64,000 bases of DNA, taken from positions 286,262 to 350,261 of the forward strand of contig NIVC01000219.1 in NCBI GenBank assembly GCA_002269645.1. The letters run 5' to 3'. Shown one piece after another: positions 58,773 through 64,000 of this stretch. Source of the stretch: Macrostomum lignano (taxonomy: Eukaryota). Under the pieces are notes generated by a model that saw only the letters and a program-made list of their open reading frames with translations, made no database searches and was not told where the DNA came from. The translations under genes were made by a program, and so were the position numbers. The stretch's first letter is position 1. Each line of letters opens with the position of its first letter.

Positions 58773-59288
58773 TACGACTTATTAGACCTATCAAAATAAT
58801 TTATTGATTTATCGGTAAATAATAATCGCAGCAAATTCCTCTCGAGATTTAAGCTGATTAGCCAGCTTGTACTTAGGCAGTCTTGCATGATGGCATCGTA
58901 ATTAAGAATTGACAGGCCGTCAATTGATACTGAACCAACGTTAAAGTTGTTATTTTTGTTAGTTATGCAAAAAAGACTTTCGCGCTGATTTAAGTTAGCA
59001 GAAAGAACTGTACGCGCGTGAATAAAAAATAATTTTTTTAAGCGTACGAAGTTTACGGCTATTTCGTTAGGACTATAGTCACAAATGCAGGCAGATCACA
59101 AAGTAATCAATTGATGCGTATAATAGAACCGGAGCGAGAGTCGGCAGTGTCGGTTAAGTGAAAAACCACCAGGACCTGACGCGTTTTCGTTTGTCTAAAA
59201 GGAATGTGAAACCATATTAATATCTCGCGAGTAGTCTGTCGTGATCGTTATGATAAAAATAGTTTCTAAATGACTGATATATGGTTGG

Positions 59289-60074
59289 TACGTTGAAGTT
59301 CACAAATATAACAGCTACGGTTACAACACGAGACGTGACGGCAGTGACATGGGGCGTGGTCGTGTTCTCAGTCACCCGTCGAGGATGACCGAGCTAGTTC
59401 CAGTCGCGCTTTAAGCAGCACAGCTTGTGCTTTGATAGGCTAGGAACAACTTTTCGGCACGGTTCGTGCACCATAACAAATAACCGCTACCTTACCCGCA
59501 GTCGGCACTGGCGACGAGCTTAAGAGTTTCCGGTCAATCTCTTGAGCAGGCCGCTGCTCCGAGTTGACAGTAAGCTCGCTAAAGTCGTGTGCCGGGACCG
59601 GTTCTGAATGTTGTGACTGATGGTCTGACGACTATCGCGGCCATGGCGGTGGCGGAAAGATTGCCCGCACTTTTGAGCATCACCGGAAGAACCGCAGTTA
59701 CCGTTACGGTAAGCGCCATTGACGTCGAGTGAATGACTGCTCTGAGCAACTGAAGCAAAGAATCTTACCGGCGGCTACTCCCAGCCCGTCAGCCGTAGCA
59801 CAGGTGGTGAGCTAATTGGGTGCGCTGTGGTCGTCGCCGCATGTCGGTAAGCCAACTAGCACCTACCCTTAGACTAAGCAGAAGCTGCTCACTGCTAGCC
59901 AGGGCTACGGGGCTGTAACGGGCGGTTTACGAGGACTTGCGACGACTGATATTCCAGTAGGATCCGCCACCGTCCGTTTTGAAAAACGGTCTTCTTGAGT
60001 TTCCGTTCGCTTTCCTGCCGCGATTAAACTAAGCGCTCACCGTTCGATTTGTCCACTCAACTTATTGTCCTTAT

Positions 60075-60132
<58 letters not shown>

Positions 60133-61876
60133 CTCTCTTTTATCCCACGTTATCACATGTGGGAATTGCATGCTCGCATGTCGGATGTCGTGCAACTCAG
60201 CCGCTGACCGTGGGGGCATCGATTGACGGTCAAGTTTACCTCCGAATACTCAAGACTCGAAACCACATGTACCGGAGATTTCACAAGTGTCACGAGTTCT
60301 ATCGTCCTTAGTCAATTATTTATTTGAACTATTTCAATGATGTCACTCAGTATTTTAAGTACTTTTCAATAGTTCGCTTTTTGTGGACTAGGGATTAGGT
60401 CCCGTCAGACTTAACGTCAGCATCTCGGATGTAGCTCTGGGCGTTGGTCGACGACCTAGACCTCGGTCTGTTCCAGCTGACGCACGACCCGGAAGACAGG
60501 TCGAGCGTGTACCTTATGGTGCGCCTCTTATACTACTTTGTTTTGGATAGTCTTTCTGTCGGTTCGGACCGTCTCTACTGGTGATTTCGAGACCTCGACG
60601 ACTGACAGATACCGTTCCTGTGACCTGAGCAAAACGATCAGCTTCGACCCGCTTAGCTGGTGCCAGTGGTACCTTTGGTTCGATTGGCTCGCGACGTGCT
60701 TTGTCAGCGTGACAGGCTACGACAGCTTCGGCGACACGTTAACAACTTCGTCTTCTTCGAAGAACTGCTCTGCGATTACTAACACTCTTTCTAGTAAAAA
60801 CGAGATAAAACTACCATGTGCACATAAATTAAGAGTGCTAGGACGTGAAAACATCAATGACTCGCGACCATCTCGTCTTCCAAATACCTTCCCGACGCGA
60901 CGCGCGAATGAACTTACATCATGTCTTGATTCTATAATATCGTTCTTCGTTGCCTTCACCAAACTGTTTTTACCGTCATCAACTCATGTTGTTGAAAGTA
61001 AGGGATGAGTTAGATTAAGGTTATGTTTGGTAAAAATCATATACCTTCTTACGGTTTCTTACACAAGAACCCTTTTTTACAGTAATCTTCTAAAAACCTT
61101 CCTCCTGAAATTTAGTCTCTAAAAAATGTTCTTTTGCTGACCTTTACGAACATTCTTTGTCGAACAAAGCTTTAAGTTTGAAAGACAGAAATTTCCAGTG
61201 TCGACTAGTGTCGGTGCACAAGTGGTACCCAGTGATGCCCAACGCGCCGGTCGGTTAGTGCGTCGACTTCATGTTCGCATTGCGGTGTTGACCGGCCAAC
61301 GTCGAGACTGTTTCGCCCGCTGCTAGACGGGGATTGACATGAATTGATGCGTCTACCATCCCCCCGCAGTTTCAGGGCTGTGCTATCTACCTCATAGTTA
61401 CGTGGACGACTCCTGTGGTGTTTCCGGCTAATGGTCACTCTTAGACTTGATTAATACACTATATACGCTACGCACGTGACGTACTCCTGCTAAAGAGATC
61501 TTCCGCGACGCAGTACCACGGGTGTGGAAAGATGCTCATAAATAAAAATCCACCTCGTAGATATAGTTGTTTTTAATGTGAACTAAACGACGTATATAGG
61601 ACGTCTAAGGGTCGGTACTACGACTTTTCACCTCTTAGAGTGCCACCGCTCCTGCAAGGACATAAACGGTCTCCAGGCCCGAGAGTGGACCAAGTTCCCC
61701 AAGTGCTCGTCTGGGTGCAACGAGTGCATTAGTACATGAGCCGAGTGGAGCCGGGCATGCGGTCAAGCGTCGCTCTTAGAAAAGTCGGCTGACACCGCGG
61801 GTTGTAGTTTTCGCGTTAAAAACAGTTGCGACGAATGTAGAAGTTTAACCACAGACCAAAACGGCCGAAGTAAATT
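59289..61876. CDS. alp: Alkaline phosphatase gene, readable only as the base-by-base complement from left to right (exons 59289-60053, 60402-60782, 61196-61435, 61606-61876)
   Basis: The complement gives a signal peptide, AKHVVLFIGDGMG, DSAGTATAFLTGVK, THATPAAAY, VEAGRIDHGHH, TADHSHVF, ESHGGEDV and a hydrophobic tail, with canonical GT-AG introns and a few single-base frameshifts. Confidence 0.93.
60075..60140. repeat. (CT)n microsatellite, which is (GA)n in intron 1 of the complemented ALP gene
   Basis: Directly visible. Confidence 0.95.
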
Positions 61877-63040
61877 AAATGAGTTCGCTAAGTAAAAGGA
61901 TTGATTAAAACTATACAATGCATTGGCTAAAAAAAAAATTAAAACTCGAAATATAAAACGGCCTAAAGTTATATTTAGATAAAGTGCCTAAGTTGCTGAT
62001 TAAAAAATGAAGATATGCTAAGCGTTGAAGTTAAGCATATTATTGGATTTATTGTTCTTATGGTTAATGAAAGAAAGTAAATAGTCAAAGAAAAGACATT
62101 CGTACAGCAAGAAAAGTTGATAATTAATGGTTGGTTATTTGCAAGATGGGGATAAGTCTTAAATGTTTCGTTTAAAACCTACGGAAGTATACTAATTAAT
62201 ATGTAAAAACGCAAGATAAACCACGTTTGACGCAAGTTAATCCACCCTGTGTGCGTCGCCTTTGCTCGGTTCGGCTTTCTGAGAGAGTGCAGGTGGTTCG
62301 ACTAAAACCTTATTCCCGGAATAGGTTCCGTGTCTCTGACATGTACGGACTGTAGATCTTTCAGACAAGGCGACATGTCGGACAGACTTGTAGACATACT
62401 TACGCACGAACGCATAACCACGCGAGTTCTCCGTCGTCTTACCCGCTTACTAGTCTTGACACGCTACTACAGCGGTTTCCGCGACGATCGACGTCCCACG
62501 GACGTCAGGTCACTTATAAAATAACAACAGTCGTGATTTTTCATTACTTTTTTAGGTATTCATATCTAATGTGTAACGACGACAGGTTATGACACTTATC
62601 GATTGTAACGGCTGTCAACTAAAAAATATTCCTTGCACGTTTCAGCTCGCTTAGGAACTATGAAGCATGTAGTTAGGAATCGATTTTACGGCACAAAAAC
62701 TGTCCTCTCCGAAGTATTAAAATATTTCAAAAAACCCTCAAACAAATTAGTTCTTAGAATTGATCGAGGAAAACATTGTTCAGACAAAAAATTGCGTGTT
62801 CACAAAGTTACGGGACTCCCCAAGTATCGGTATTGACGTCGACAGTCGAAATGCTCGATCGTTTCTTTCTGTCGCTCAGACGAGGACCAAATAAGTTAGA
62901 GGGGTCGTCTGCGTCTATCCGACAGTTCAGAAAATGCTCGAGCGTAAAAGGATTCGACTCGGTGGAGGCTCTGTTAATGTAGGCCTGTTAATGTAGAAGC
63001 TACCGCGCAGACATTACACTTCAGTATTTGCAGTAACACG

Positions 63041-63871
63041 AAAAAAACTCCGTCCCGCTGTATGCACCCTAACACGACACTTTAGGTGAAATTGTCACAT
63101 AACCGGCGAGAGGCATTATACTGCCCATAACGCTGACTCCGGCCTGAGCAGGCACACAAGCGCGCGGATATACGTGCGAAGTCATACGCCCTGACACACA
63201 ACGACAGCGGCCCTAACTTTATGTATCGTTAGGCATCAGGGCTTGGCATTGTTAGTAGCCCCAAGTATCCAGTACCGAGCAGTCTAACCCAAGTCTGACC
63301 GAGTACCGAGCATTTTACATGTAAAAAGCGGACGAGTACGAAGTACTCACCAGATCTTTATATAATTTATATCGCACAAATGCAATACGTTGAGCAAACT
63401 CAAAAACGTAATTGAGCTGTGCAACTTCTTCTTTAAGCTTCAACTTCACCAGGAAAAATCACTTTTTTGAAAGTTTCTTTCCTAGACCTACCTTTTCTAG
63501 GAAAGAATATCGTGAATATTACTTTTTAAGTTTCAATCCCCTTCACCTCGACATCAAAACTTGACAGTTCAGTTGGGAATGGTTGATAAAATTACTCGTC
63601 TAATACTCGTCAAAACTCGATTGTAAACGATCACCGTTTACAAAAACATTTTTGTACACCCAGTACCAAAGCACCGAGTACCGAGTACTCGCCCAGTCCT
63701 GTTAGGCATGTACCGGTACACTTCACTGTAGCTTTGGAGTTCAGCCCTCAAGGGCATTAATTGAACAAGCAGACCCAAGCCGAGATTACAATTTAGCCCC
63801 TTAAATTAATGATCACTTGAAATCGAATCTGACGTAAAAACACCGTGCTTGACCACTGGGCTACGGCCTCC
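63041..63871 (-). mobile_element. Diverged copy of the tRNA-SINE at 14480-14851
   Basis: Shares aaccggcgagaggcatta, cagcggccctaacttta, ttaggcatgta and gggctacggcc with the first copy. Its tail (63041-63056) lies in the complemented segment. Confidence 0.8.
63237..63701. mobile_element. hAT-type MITE (465 bp) inserted in the SINE
   Basis: 8-bp TSD ttaggcat (63229-63236 and 63702-63709), imperfect TIRs CAGGGCTTGG / CCCAGTCCTG, and subterminal CCGAGTA repeats. Confidence 0.85.
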
Positions 63872-64000
63872 TTATCAAAAAGGTGCTTAAGTTTGTATCC
63901 TTTTTTTACTTGTATGGAAATGAGGTTTATGAAAAGCGTTTAAATAATAAGCAAGTATAGCACCACAATCGGTCAGCAGTTGATGCAGGGACAGTTAGAT

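Noticed and set aside
60037-62982. Six-frame ORFs listed in this interval
   Set aside because: The segment is complement-only, so ordinary frames are meaningless. The real coding signal is the ALP gene in the complement.

Overview
Eukaryotic (animal-type, spliceosomal introns, TTAGGG repeats) repeat-dense DNA that is almost entirely nested mobile elements. From left to right: an internally deleted Gypsy LTR element (1934-4405); a Helitron with a broken Rep/PIF1 gene and a spliced RPA70-like gene (6548-12439); a decayed CACTA/EnSpm transposase hit by a tRNA-SINE and a solo-LTR-like insert; and a 5.8-kb Polinton/Maverick remnant with ~390-bp TIRs and a 6-bp TSD (20727-26532). A head-to-tail chain of Helitrons follows (about 30.7-52 kb), each carrying its own satellite array, and one carries a multi-exon STPR-OTU-Rep-helicase gene. 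The window ends with a PAN + glycine-rich host gene, a Crypton relic, and a SINE with a nested hAT MITE. Two things stand out. (1) The Polinton phospholipase-A2/integrase reading frame is split at GYSFAG|PGTN by an 880-nt group IC1 self-splicing intron (25012-25891, minus strand). It has readable P1 U.G, P2.1, P3, P4, P6, P7 and omega-G, and it encodes a PD-(D/E)xK restriction-enzyme-like nuclease. The insertion splits a GGTCC site. To my knowledge group I introns are not known from animal nuclear DNA. (2) About 58.8-63.06 kb is complemented but not reversed: read base-by-base as the complement, it gives a 4-exon alkaline phosphatase gene. This is almost certainly an assembly artefact. All protein assignments come from motif recognition by eye; no searches were run.
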